Positions 1 to 11,659 of a stretch of DNA of 35,962 nucleotides are shown here, piece by piece. Both the position numbers and the translations under genes were made by a program. The DNA comes from Nemertoderma westbladi. Its lineage: Eukaryota > Animalia > Xenacoelomorpha. The notes beneath the pieces are model-generated. The model ran no database searches. It saw only the letters and a list, made by a program, of their open reading frames with translations, and had not been told where the DNA came from. Within the stretch, counting starts at the first letter, position 1. Every line of letters begins with the position of its first letter. Location of the stretch: contig JAUCBJ010003693.1 in NCBI GenBank assembly GCA_032718475.1, positions 1 through 35,962 of the forward strand, read 5' to 3'.

Positions 1-1
1 G

Positions 2-240
2 GAAACAACTGCACTTACTCCACATGAATCATACTCCTCCACATGAATCAGACGCCACAATAGACTGTGATAATAATCCAACTGATTGGATTAGGGAAAC
101 AGGAAGAATAAAAAAAGCACAAACAACTCACCAGAAGACCTCAGTGAAGTAGAAAGAAAGAAACCACTGCACGTACTCTACATGAATCATACGCCACAAT
201 AAACTATGATAATAATCCAACTGATTGGATTAGGGAAACA
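2..240 (+). repeat. Imperfect direct repeat (two copies) in the N-terminal part of LINE-A ORF1
   Basis: CATGAATCA.ACGCCACAATA.ACT.TGATAATAATCCAACTGATTGGATTAGGGAAACA at 42-101 and 181-240; GAAAC.ACTGCAC.TACTC.ACATGAATCATAC at 2-34 and 160-192. Confidence 0.85.
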
Positions 241-258
241 ACAGAAAATATCATAGAA

Positions 259-890
259 TTGAATACAGACAGAATGGATAATCTAATGGTACCCATAGAC
301 TCACAAACAAGACCTGAGATGTACTCACAATTGTCAGTACTCAGACCAAGAACAGTAGAACAAGTTTTGACTAGGCCAGCAACATGGAGACGACCAGTTA
401 AATCTGCCAAACTGAAACAACATAACACAGAACACTGGAACTGTATACTTGACACACACAACCGCTATGAAGTTCTGATTCCAGAAGACCGATCTGTCAT
501 TGACATTTTAAAGGAACAAACAAAGCTTCTTAACACATTAGTCTCCCAACAGCAACAGAAGGGGACTAAGGACACTATAAATAAAACTTCTAGAAAAACA
601 CTGCTCCCAACACCACCCCAGACTAAATTAGCATCATTGAGTCCCCACAACACTCCAACATACCCTCACCATCAACATACCACTCATTCAAGCAGACAAA
701 AAGCCACAAGTTATCCAAATACCAGCTCAGATGCACATGACAATATACGTCCTAGGTTTGCCTCCTAATACTTCATCACTATCACTTTCCACACTATGCT
801 ACATGCAAACTGGATATCACCCGCAAAACATCTGGGTCCTAGGAAACAGAGGTATGCTAAAACAGCAAAGGTAACAATCAATAGATCATA
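259..890 (+). pseudogene. LINE-A ORF1, 5' part (in-frame stop at 766-768)
   Basis: The frame continues after the stop to ...AKTAKVTINRS and joins in frame to 5439 (YNTYIQREMWPGKSPAVSIW) when 891-5438 is removed. It resembles the FRVSI...WPPG.CVRKW end of LINE-B ORF1 in this window. Confidence 0.65.
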
Positions 891-1393
891 CTAGAAAGGC
901 ATTTCCTAAGGGAAATGCAACCACGAAGCTAAGGAAAATTAAACACACTTTGACTCATCAGTTCATTGGTTTACCTAGTTAAGTCATATGTCTTAATTAA
1001 ACTCCAATCACCATGACAACTGGAGTTTTCTAGAACTGCTCGGTTTTACATTAAGATCCAGTTTGTAGTTCCGTGACACAAATTGACTTCAAGGAAGTTT
1101 CATTGAGTATTTGATGTCCAAAATTAAAGATGTATTTTTGTTAAAACATCAGTTTGCAGTGGTTGTCTTGGAAACTGATGAATATAACAACGTTAATTGG
1201 ATGCAGAATAAGTGATATAGTGGGGGTAGGGGTTGCTCCCAAGTCGTAATATCTTAATGTTATGGTTTAAATAATCATTTTATAAATTTGAACATCTGTT
1301 TAGCCTGGTTTCCCTGGTAACTAAATTTTCTAATTGACCTCAATAAGCGCAACTATTGTCCTTATCATTGAGTTGAAAAATTTCAAGTTTCGA

Positions 1394-2191
1394 TCTAATG
1401 TAAAATCCAAACGTCGAATTCATATTTCTGCACATATTATTGGGAACATACTTACCGTGTTCTGCGCCTATTGTTGGAAACATACTTACCGTGTTCTGCG
1501 CCTATTGTTGGAAACATACTTACCGTGTTCTGCACCTATTGTTGCGAACATACTTACCGTATTCTGCACATATTATTGGGAACATACTTACTGTGTTCTG
1601 GTCTATTATTGAGAACATATTTACCGTGTTCTGTGCCTATTATTGAGAAATGAGATTGATTCAAACACATGAAAAATTACATTCAAGGAACAGCTATTTC
1701 CATTGCTTCAAACACATGACATGTAAAATTACATACAATATCTGTTTACATAGCTTCAAATACTTAAATTAAGAATGTTGTTTAGTAGCGAAAAATTCAA
1801 TTGATTTCTAAATAAATAGAACGAAGTTTTAGCTTCAATTAATAACAAAAAGCACAAATATGTGAATATTACATTCGGGAACAGTTTGGACCCATTCTAA
1901 CTATATATCTTAACTATAACTCGTTTGGCAAGAGACAAAACCAGGTTAGTTTTTTGAGCCACCCTTTTACAACCTGACATCGAATAAACCTCAGTTTCTT
2001 CTGGGAATATTGAAGTTTATATATAACTTTTACCAGAGTCTCACATAATCTCTTATACAATCTTTTACATGGGAACGTTCCATCGGTGGGAATAAGGTAA
2101 TCACGCTACCTAACGCCATCTAACGTGATCTAATGCCACTCGCGCCTTGGTGAGCGTGAACGCTTGCGTTCATATTGTCTGTTATCCCTAG
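1394..2191 (+). mobile_element. Canonical non-autonomous Helitron nested in the Helentron-like element
   Basis: Starts A|TC (TCTAATG at 1394); hairpin TGAACGC-TT-GCGTTCA at 2157-2172; ends CTAG (2188-2191)|T; starts where internal repeat copy 1 breaks off. Confidence 0.6.
1426..1650 (+). repeat. 34-bp minisatellite, about 6.5 copies
   Basis: Unit TATTGTTGGAAACATACTTACCGTGTTCTGCGCC repeated head to tail with few substitutions; it explains the three overlapping repetitive ORFs at 1334-1653. Confidence 0.95.
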
Positions 2192-2480
2192 TAAATAAAT
2201 GTTAGTGGTAAGAATATTATGTTAAAAGGAAAGTTTTTGTTACCTCGGCTAATGTTATTATTGATTGAACTTTATTTGATAGGCATACAATAAAGTGAAA
2301 CATTACTCACAAATGTATCATATTAACATACGGCCTCGTTTAACGGCCTAATAGAGAGGGGAAAAGGAACTGAATTTATACATAACAAGCGCGTAATCGC
2401 ACAAGGGTCCATGTCTACTAACACATGAACTGTCTCCTTTGAATGGCTTACTACCAATCTTACTAGCAAAAAAAAAATTC

Positions 2481-2566
2481 ACTGGAAGTCGGATCGAACT
2501 CGGTACCTAGAGATACATAGAGATAGATTCCAAGTCCCACACTCTACCAATGTCGCCACAGCGCCG
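2481..2566 (-). other. tRNA-like Pol III promoter sequence (tRNA-derived head or pseudo-tRNA)
   Basis: Minus strand has A-box-like TGGCGACATTGG and B-box GAGTTCGATCC followed by a T-run; cloverleaf pairing is poor. Confidence 0.45.
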
Positions 2567-2668
2567 TATGAAGATATAAAAATAAAACCCAACTGGGAAT
2601 TAACAACAAGGGGGTGAATACTAGCGGTCTCGCTATGTGGACCTAAAAAAAATTATGTTGATTGGCAA

Positions 2669-3436
2669 TTATTTATATTTAATATCATGGACTAACCTTA
2701 CGGCCGGAAAGGCCCGAGTCATTCGAGAACCATTAGAGTCATTCTCTCTCTCCCTCGACGCTAATGCTGCTCTTTCTCTCCGCATATCCCCCACCGCTTC
2801 CATCACTCTCGCTCTGTGCCACACCAACCTCTCCTCCCTGATCCTCCTTTCCAGCGCCATCCTCACCCTCCTCTCTTCAATCTCCAACCTCTCCCTCTCC
2901 ATCTCCTCCTGCTCCAACCTCCCTTTCTCCAGTCCCAATCTCCTCCGACTTTCCAACCTCTCCATCCGCCCTATCACTTCCTCCTTATTACCTCTCTCTA
3001 CCTCTATCACCATCTCTCGTCTGTCCCGTTGGCACCCCACCTGCTGCAGGTGCTCGACATCCATCTGTTCTCTTGCACCGATCATTTGCAGCTGGTGGAG
3101 GTGCCACACCTCTTCCACCTGCCCCTCCATCGCCACCGACTCCTCCCTCCTTCTAGTAGTAACCTCCCCCCCCCCCATCGCTCCCGACTCCTCCCTCCCT
3201 CTCGACATCTCCACTCCCCCCACCACTCCCGACTCGCCCCTCCCTCTCGCCGTCTCCTCTCCCCAAATCGCTCCAGACTCCTCCCTCCCTCTCGCCATCT
3301 CTTCTCCTCTAATAGCTGCCGCAGCCATCTCATCCTCCAATCGTCTCTCCTCCCCTACCCTAAACTCTTCAATGCACTCGTACCAATCCTCCTCACTACT
3401 TTCCTCATACTTTCCTCTACTTTGGACCTTTCCCAT
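2669..3436 (-). CDS. 255-aa Glu/Arg-rich low-complexity ORF, predicted coiled coil, with four ~15-aa repeats (AIRGEEMARGREESG-like); cargo of the Helentron-like element
   Basis: Uninterrupted ATG-to-stop ORF in purine-skewed sequence that contrasts with its AT-rich flanks; 45-bp in-frame repeats; no family motif recognised. Confidence 0.4.
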   Translation of the reverse strand: MGKVQSRGKYEESSEEDWYECIEEFRVGEERRLEDEMAAAAIRGEEMARGREESGAIWGEETARGRGESGVVGGVEMSRGREESGAMGGGEVTTRRREESVAMEGQVEEVWHLHQLQMIGAREQMDVEHLQQVGCQRDRREMVIEVERGNKEEVIGRMERLESRRRLGLEKGRLEQEEMERERLEIEERRVRMALERRIREERLVWHRARVMEAVGDMRRERAALASRERENDSNGSRMTRAFPAVRLVHDIKYK

Positions 3437-5753
3437 TGTGAAATAAATAATAAATATAACTAATAAATAAATTAATAAATATATAAACTACAGTACAGCA
3501 TCAACATAAAATATAACATAAAATGTAGGCCTGAATATATAATACAGTATAAATATAATATTATGGGTAATATTTTGGATCGGCCTATATATTGTTAACA
3601 TTAATAAACTACTAAACTATCACTTTTGTCGAGATACTAAATTCGAACTTAAATAATGTTTGTCTATTGCATAAGAGTGACGATTCTGAAATAAGGACGT
3701 CGTCATCTAATAAATCCCCTTACTACTACTGTAGAATTATTTACATTAATTAGTTACCCATTAATTAGTTAACTATTTTAATTATGAACTATTTCAACTA
3801 CCGGTACCGGTATAAAAAAATTTAAATAATAATATTTAATAAGGATCTGGCAGACAACTTGACGCCACCGTAGTATGGTAGGTACCTACCGTGAACAACA
3901 GTATTGGCTAAATTGAAACTGAAAGTAACTACTGTAATCTTTAATGTTCGGACTTTTTCGGTACGGTACCGGTAACGCAACAATGCTAATGCGTTTTTGA
4001 CCACTAGATGGCGTATTACTAATTACAGAGCAATTCCAGAAAATATATTGCGTTCCTTCGCAACGAAAGCAAACACTTTGCTAGGTACATCCATCTTGCA
4101 TATTGTCTTTAATTAGTTTACTGTATTGAGAGTTAGTACCGGTACTTTTACATAATATTTATTAATTATAAATAATAAAAAAATGTTATTTAAAGAGTAA
4201 TTTTTAAACATAATTATTATACTGGTACGCAATATCTAGTTTGATATCAACATATTTTATTAAAACGACGTAGTTTTCTATATAAAACTACTTTTGTCAT
4301 GGTTGTAAATAATTAAATCATTTTAGGCAATATTTTAGTAAATTCTTTTTTGTAAAAAAAAATTAATTTGATATATTTGATATTTCTAGAAGTTTTGAGT
4401 TTTTCAAAAAGTTCCAAATAGGAGTCCAGAAAACACATACCCAGTTTCAGAGAATGTTATCGTTCAGTCTATGTCCAAAATGAACAATTTTTGTGTCAAA
4501 ACATATGTTTTCAGCGGTTGCCATGGAAACTGAAAAATAGAACAACGTAATTCGGATGCAGAATAAGTTATATAGAGGGGATAGGGATTGGTCCTATGTC
4601 ATAATACATTTAATTTTTGCTTCAAATTATCATTTAATAAATTTTAACATTGGTTTATCCTGGTTGCTTGTTGTGTTGTTTATCCATGCTAACTGGATTT
4701 TCAAATTAACGTCAATCTTTTCAGCTATGTCCCTTATAGTTGAGTTGAGAAACCCCAAGTTTATATATATTACAGTTTTGCTACAAATAGAGTTATGAAT
4801 ATAGACATGAATAATATAGACTTTAATAAACTACAGTTACCATGGTAACTAGATATTTCTGGAATGTTTTGAGTTTCAATAAAAGTTCCAACTAGTGGTC
4901 CAGATAACACATACCCAGTTTCATAAAATTTTATCGTGAAGTCTACTGTATGTCCAAATGAATAATATTTGTATAAAAACATCCGTTTTCAGCGGTTGTC
5001 ATGGTAACTGCAAAATAGAACAATCAAATTCGGACGCAGAATAAGTTATATAGTGGGGGTAGGGATTGGTCCCAAGTCATCACACCTTAACCTTAGGCTT
5101 CAAATTAACATTTTAAAAATTTTAACATCTGTTTTGCCCAGTAACTGGAATTTCTATTCAATATAAATATTGACTTGAAATACATAGACTTTTTTCTAAT
5201 TCCGTTGCCATGGAAACCAGATTTTTCCTGGATATGAGACCCATCCCACACGATGCGCCTCGACGAGTAGTATATACATGCAAATTTTCAGGGTACTTTT
5301 AAAGGCTAGTTTTTTCACCTATCAAAAAAAACCAAACCTGCTCCATACAAGTAAAATAGCCCACTATGAATACACCATCTCAGCTAAGGAAAATATTTCT
5401 TAGCGAAAGTAGTTGATTTTCCTTAGCTTCGTGGACTATAATACTTATATACAAAGAGAGATGTGGCCTGGTAAATCCCCTGCTGTCAGCATCTGGCATG
5501 ACCGACCATTGGACACTTATTACAGAACAAAGAACAACGCTCATAACAAATTCATACCAAATACAGCTGCACACTCTATGTATCAACAAGATGGCCGTTT
5601 TTGAAATTGATGAACAATATTGTACAGAACAATCCTCATCACAATCCATAATGGACAGACAATCCTCACATAGAAAAGCTGCAAAACATTAGTATAGACC
5701 CGAGCAACTTTACACCAACAAACAATAGATAGGAAAATTCAACAATCAAGTTC

Positions 5754-8738
5754 ATGACATATACCTGCGAAGGAATTGTTAGAAACATGAACTATATATA
5801 TGGAACTGTTCTCACAAAGTATAAACATCAGCCGACGTCCTACTTCTGCAAGAGCACTGGCTAGGAGCGCGAGAAGCTGAATTACTTTTCAGCAGACAAC
5901 ATATTCCAAGTGAGCACACCTGTGCAACTTACACCTTAGCACAGGGTATGCTTGAAAATAAACTTAGAATACGTGGTGAAGGAGGTAGATCTATTCTTAT
6001 AAGAAACATCCTGATGAGCCAACACACATCTATAAACACCTCTTCAGACCGAATTTCAGGGATTACATTGAATGGTTTTAACAACTGTAACATAGCTCTC
6101 CTTAATGTCTATCTTCCAGCTGACTGCAAACTTTCGAATGACAAAACAAATTACATGAGAACTTTAAGCGAATTGGTACTGCTCATCGAGGAATGTACAG
6201 AACTGGGACTCCAAGTTGTCATAGGTAGAGACATTAATGGTACAATAAAGAAACATGGCGAGCTATATACAAGGCGGGCTACCAATGAATCACCCTTCGG
6301 CAGAATTTTCAAGGACATGATCTTGGAAAACAAACATATCATTATTGCAGACATGACAAGCAAAGGTCGTGGTCCTGAAAGTACATATCAATGTCGAAAT
6401 AAAGATAGCATAATTATACGAACCCGCTACTTAGACCATTTTGTATTGACACATGACATGTATGAAGCACTAATTGATTCTGAAGTACTCCTACCCTGCA
6501 ATGAAAACCTCTCAGACCACAGCATTGTCACAGCGACCCTAAAGTTCAACCAGTTAACTCCAGATGGCTACGATGATAGTGTAAACATTCCACGTAAACG
6601 ATGCAAACAAAAAAGTACAACTACTCCAAATCTACAAAGCAACAACTCTTATCATACCAACACCAAATCGCAAAAACACTTTATGACTTTGATCACATTC
6701 TTAATTCGCTGGACACAAATATGAACCAACTAATTACGATGCTACAACAAGCATCAGCTGCCTTTATACCATACACCTACTCAAAACATAGGAAAACAAT
6801 TAAGGGGAACTATGCACGAAAACATAATGAGCCTCAATCAGTACTTCATAACATCGATCATCTAAGAAATGGGTATTCTTATAAAACTCACATTGACATA
6901 TTGGCAACAACACATCGAACAAATCCAAAAACATTTTGGAAAACACTCCTTCCCAATCAAGGCCAAACCATACTCAGTGACTCTGATGCCAAACTGTTAC
7001 ACGCAGACACTGTAAGCCATTTCCAACATAGTGACGAAGTGCATCAGCCAACTGATTTGGTAAGAGACGTGCCAAAGAAAACTAAAAATTCATTAACTAA
7101 GATAGATAGAAAATCCATAGAAGCTAATATCCGAAAACTAAACAAAGGAAAGACGAGTGACTTCTACAATATAACTTCAGAAACACTAATCTATGCGGCA
7201 ACACCTACACTGAATAACTTCATTGACCACATTTTCAATGAGATGAATATAAATAGCAAGTCCCCCCCAATCACTGTCATATAATATAACAATCCCAGTT
7301 CCTAAGCCACCCAGAAGACATACTGTGATTCCTGGTAAAGTTAGATATAGAAATATTACCATCATTTCAATCCTTGCAAAACTGTGGGAGATGTCCGACG
7401 GACTTCTACCCGCCCAAACATGTCTACACACCAATGAATTGCAACTAGGATATAAGAAGAAAATGAATGCAGAAATGACATACCACACAGTTACGAGTCT
7501 CATAAAGAACTTTAACAAGAAACAGTCGCACATCTATACATATACAATCGATCTGTCCGCAGCGTTCGATACAGTCCTTTACAAGAAATTATTTCATAAA
7601 CTTAGACAATCACAGGTCAACGACTCACTGACATCTACCATTGAAGAATACTACAAAAACTCAGTGACATATTTAAGAACCAGTGGATACCAATATACCA
7701 AACAAATCAAATTACAAAAGGGGGTTCGTCAAGGGGGTGTGCTCTCAGCTCTATTATTTAACTTCTACATCTCGGATCTTATAGACTCGCTCATTGACAG
7801 CGGACTAGGTGTTCATATTAATACTTTATCCTACTGCGTAGTATCATATGCCGACGATATAATTTTACTAGCCACCATCAAGTCACACTTATACAAATTA
7901 ATTAACTTAGCTGACACCTTCTTCGAGAAACACAATCTCCACATGAACACTACCAAATGTCACTTTATATCAATAAATTCAAACAGAACCTCATAAACTA
8001 CAGATGTACTCCATCTCGAACATGCTTGTAAATCGGAGAAGAGAACAAAATATATGGGTCTACCACTGCCCCCCCCCCCCCCCCCCCCCCCTTTCACATC
8101 ACATCAAACAACATATTGTTGGTAAGATATGGGAACATGTGTCGATGATGAATCGACAAGGTTTAAAACCTGACACATTACCTCTAGAGATTACTACTCT
8201 CATATGGCGCACTCTGGCTGCCCCTAGTATAATCTACAGATCTTCTGCATTATCTACAGAAGCCATTGCTGAAATAGCTGGGAAATGCAGGAGAGCAATG
8301 CTGCACCCACATTCTTTGTCTCGACAATAGAGTTTCAAATAACCTCCTTAGTGACCTATACAACCTGGATGTTGAACAAAAACAATACGTTTAAACCAAC
8401 CACGAGTAATCTACAACATGTTCAACTGTGGAAATAGGAAAATTCAACATCTAATCTCGACCTTGTTAGCCCTTGGACAACTAACTAGTGCAGTAGATAT
8501 TTTTAACTCACACCAAAAAACCAGCTGGATGTATAATTTGCCAACTCTGAACTCCCTTCCGATATCAGAATACAGCCTCAAAGCATGTTCCACAAGATCA
8601 AAATCAATACAAGTTACCAATCACACATATAAAGAAAGATTACAGGCCATGTACTGTAAATCCATCATGCAGAAATTTCAATATCCTTTTATACACAGGA
8701 TAAACCTTATAAGGGACTTTATTGAAATATTAAGTTAA
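5754..8738 (+). pseudogene. LINE-A ORF2 (APE endonuclease + reverse transcriptase), frameshifted
   Basis: Pieces 5948-6724 (EN), 6601-7284, 7325-7996 (RT, YADD), 8004-8330 and 8418-8738 lie in changing frames. Confidence 0.9.
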
Positions 8739-8957
8739 CGATGACTATCTGTATGTTGTAATCTTGCGTGATTGGATAGATGTACATATAGTTGTATACA
8801 TTATAATGATATTATTATAGCCGCTGGGGGCGTTAGCCCAGCTGTTCAATCAATCAATCAATTCAATAAATATTTCATTATAATGATTGGTGCAGTTTGG
8901 TGTCGTTTGATTTCCATAAATAGATTTATAAATAGATAAATATATTTATAGTTTTAG

Positions 8958-8974
8958 ATCTGACGCTTCGAGAA
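8958..8974 (+). CDS. Candidate 17-nt micro-exon of the hemopexin-like gene
   Basis: Acceptor TTTATAGTTTTAG| and consensus donor |GTAAGT; entered in phase 2 it reads SDASR and exits in phase 1, compatible with exon 9492. Confidence 0.3.
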
Positions 8975-9491
8975 GTAAGTACTCATGCACTTTTCCAATG
9001 GAATTTTCCTGTCACTTCTGAAAATCTTTTTTGCCTTAAAGGCCAAAAAAAGTTTCCATTTGCATATAGCGTTTGATTACTTTTAACAGCTAGTTGTCCT
9101 TGCAAACCTACCCTATGCCCACATTGTTTTATAATTATGATTGCCCTGAGATGATCCAGACTTCTCCCACACCTCATTTGCTATGATGCTGAGCTTACTT
9201 TCCTGTGCATTCTTCATTCAAATTGTCATTCAAATAAATTTTATAAGGTGTAAAGTATACTGGGAAAATTCCGAGAACAAATATGTCACTTAGTAATTTA
9301 TTTTAATGTAGCACAAGAAGTATTTCTTTGTAGTAATTATCCGAATCGAAATAATGACGAATTGTTTGAAAATATTATTATTGTTATTATTAATATAGAT
9401 CAAGTTATATTACGTAAACTATATATATAAATTATATATAGTTATGCTAACTATATACAACTTCAACTTATCAAATTGATGTTATTTTTAG

Positions 9492-9560
9492 ATAAATCGT
9501 TTCACAGAGGCATTGACGCGATATGCCATTCAGAGGCAGGTGGTCTTTATCTATTTAAAG
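9492..9560 (+). CDS. Hemopexin-like domain copy 1, exon a (KSFHRGIDAICHSEAGGLYLFK)
   Basis: TTTTTAG| acceptor and AG|GTTTGT donor; IDA...LYLFK hemopexin blade motif; paralogous exon at 20115. Confidence 0.85.
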
Positions 9561-9864
9561 GTTTGTTATATGATAAAGTCGAGGCAGGGACAAATGATCG
9601 TAAATATTTTTTGTAGAGTAGGGAGTATTTTCATTTTCATTCATTTTCTTTAAATCTTTTTATTTTTTTTAATGTGGAAAATGGCTGCATGCTTTGTAAT
9701 TTAATAAACAAAAACCTTTCAATTTAATTTCAAACTTTATTTTGTTTGTATAGCTATAAAAGATATACTAACGAATACTAACTGACAAATGTTTATATCA
9801 AACAGGCTCTACAACATACTGTCAGTATTGTAGGTATTAGTGTAATTATTGACATCATTGAATG

Positions 9865-10119
9865 GGAGAATCTTTTTGGGCTTGTTAAGCCAAGGAATGC
9901 CTGTTCACCACCATGGGTGATCTTCCACAGTAAATCCTTCCACTATGTTTCCCAAGTTGCATTGGTTCCCATTTATCGACAACTGAAGGATGAAAGCCAG
10001 GGTTGGGCTAGGCTGCAGCATTTAAAGCACTATGCCTAAACAGAGCTGCCACATGTATGGATCGAACCAGGGCTTCCTAATTGGAAGACCAGGAATGTAC
10101 CACTAGACCAAGCTGCTGC
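9865..10119 (-). mobile_element. tRNA-derived SINE in an intron
   Basis: Minus strand: A box TGGTCTAGTGG, B box GGTTCGATCC, then TTCATCCTTCAGTTGTCGATAAATGGGAACC, resembling the Nin/Deu-type conserved SINE core; flanking direct repeat TCATTGAATG at 9855-9864 and 10132-10141. Confidence 0.7.
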
Positions 10120-11221
10120 AGACTGTTATTGTCATTGAATGTTGAGTGAGCTAGCTAAGTGAACAAGGGCCCCAAATAAATCAACGGGCATGGGCGCAAT
10201 GCCGTCAAGTACTTGCTTAGAAGAAATGCTTTTGTTGCTTGGCTGCATTGACATTAAGGGGGCGGGGGGAGCGGGGTGGGTACCCCACCCCCCCCCCCCC
10301 CCCCCCCACTGTCTTTATTTCTTTATTCGTATATTCTCTGATGTGGTTGAAGAATTCATAGAAAACGATATACCATCGAAAAAAGAATCATCAAAAAAGT
10401 AAATAAAGATTTGGAAAAATTAAATTTTTGGCGCCTTCTAGCTGCCTGCGTGAAATTTTAAAAATTTCACTATAAAGACAACTCAGTCCTCCGTTATTTT
10501 CATTTTTATTTTCCAATACCACATTTTTTAGAATCAGCATGTTCATTTTCATATTTATCGACCACCTTTTGTATTTTAATTTCCTATTTTTTATAGTTGG
10601 AAATTTTGTAAAGAAAATCATAATAAAAGAAATGTAAAAAAAGTTGTTTTCTATTATTCTCATCATCCATTGTTCCGTTTAAACACGTATGGAATTAAAA
10701 TCCACCATGGATGTCAGCCACTTAAACACATGTTTTTTTCGAATTTTTCATTGAAAAATCTGGAAATTTTATTAAATCAAGAAAACTGGCAGAAATTTAT
10801 TGAAGAATAGGAAATTACCGAATCATATAAATAAAAATTCCAAAAAAACGGTTAGGAAATGGCGGACGTGTAGTATTTTACGTGTGAAAAAATGTGATCC
10901 TTCAAAGTTCAAAACTTCTGGCACAAAAGTGCCTGTATGGGGTCTGGTTGGTTAATAGTGACTGACAAGAAGAAAGCACACCACCGAGCTAAAATAATAT
11001 TTAGGGGGGTTGTTGGGATTGCTGATTTTATTTCCGATGCAAGTGCTAATATTTGGTGGAATCTAGTCTGTCCGTGGATGGAATCCAGTGAGGTGAGTCT
11101 CCTTACCACAAGGAAACACACTGGGACCCATCCACAGAGTAATCGAAGTACAGTACATTTTTTACATTAGGTGCATGTCCAGACTTACTAATTTCGTTAA
11201 TTCTGTTTTATTAATTTTGTT

Positions 11222-11291
11222 AATTTGTTTTATGATCAGAATTTGTTTTATGAACAGAATTTGTTTTATGATCAGAATTTGTTTCATGAAG
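11222..11291 (+). repeat. 18-bp tandem repeat, about 4 copies
   Basis: AATTTGTTTTATGA(T/A)CAG units. Confidence 0.9.
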
Positions 11292-11659
11292 AATAAATTT
11301 GTCTTTGAGGTATCATTTTAAAAAAAAACCATCTGTCGCTCGATGTCTGTCTGTATGCATTATTTTGACAGACATAATGGCAGACAGATGTGCCACGATA
11401 AGACAAGAACTAATAGAGATCTCCAGATTTTCAGATTTGAAATCCCTATTCAATTCTGCTCTAGATGCAATAAAATAACTTTGATATTTTTACCATCCTT
11501 AATTAGTTGAATTGTTAAAAATTCTAGGCAGCAACTATGCTCCCAAGAATTAATATAACTAGCCAATAACTATGTGCATATTATTAATTATATTATTTCT
11601 TTTTGACTGTTTTGCTCAAAAACATACAATTTTTTATTAACTATATATTGCAATGATAG

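Larger units (their letters stand above)
1000..5200 (+). repeat. Three diverged ~480-bp internal repeats of the Helentron-like element (~1000-1400, ~4375-4830, ~4830-5200)
   Basis: Shared blocks ATGTCCAAA...GTTG.C.TGG.AACTG...GGA.GCAGAATAAGT.ATATAG.GGGG.TAGGG near 1114/1200, 4471/4555 and 4950/5032. Confidence 0.8.
891..5438 (-). mobile_element. Non-autonomous Helentron/HINE-like rolling-circle element
   Basis: Subterminal inverted repeat CCACGAAGCTAAGGAAAA (921-938) / TTTTCCTTAGCTTCGTGG (5417-5434); extra partial copy CAGCTAAGGAAAAT at 5381-5394; perfect hairpin GCATTTCC-TAAG-GGAAATGC at 899-918; minus-strand 3' end CTAG followed by T; removal restores the LINE-A ORF1 frame. Confidence 0.75.
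1..8861 (+). mobile_element. LINE-A: decayed APE-endonuclease non-LTR retrotransposon (5' end outside the window), interrupted at 891-5438
   Basis: ORF1-like pieces at 259-890 and 5439-5604; endonuclease motifs (LLLQEHWL ~5840, NVYLP, LDHF, SDH); RT motifs (DLSAAFD, KGVRQGGVLS, YADD ~7850); 3' hairpin GCTGGG..CCCAGC (8823-8842) followed by a (TCAA)4 tail at 8846-8861. Confidence 0.9.

Noticed and set aside
1426-1650. CRISPR-like array of ~34-bp repeats
   Set aside because: Units are head to tail with no unique spacers, there are no cas genes, and the context is eukaryotic; it is a minisatellite.
1334-1653. Three overlapping repetitive ORFs
   Set aside because: Artefacts of translating the 34-bp minisatellite in rotating frames.
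2637-3463. Ser/Pro/Leu-rich + strand ORFs as real proteins
   Set aside because: Pyrimidine-rich mirror of the minus-strand ORF; stops are rare by composition and the starts are non-ATG.
10255-11105. Possible TTAA-flanked (Kolobok-like) MITE starting TTAAGGGGG
   Set aside because: No convincing matching right TIR or TSD found by eye.
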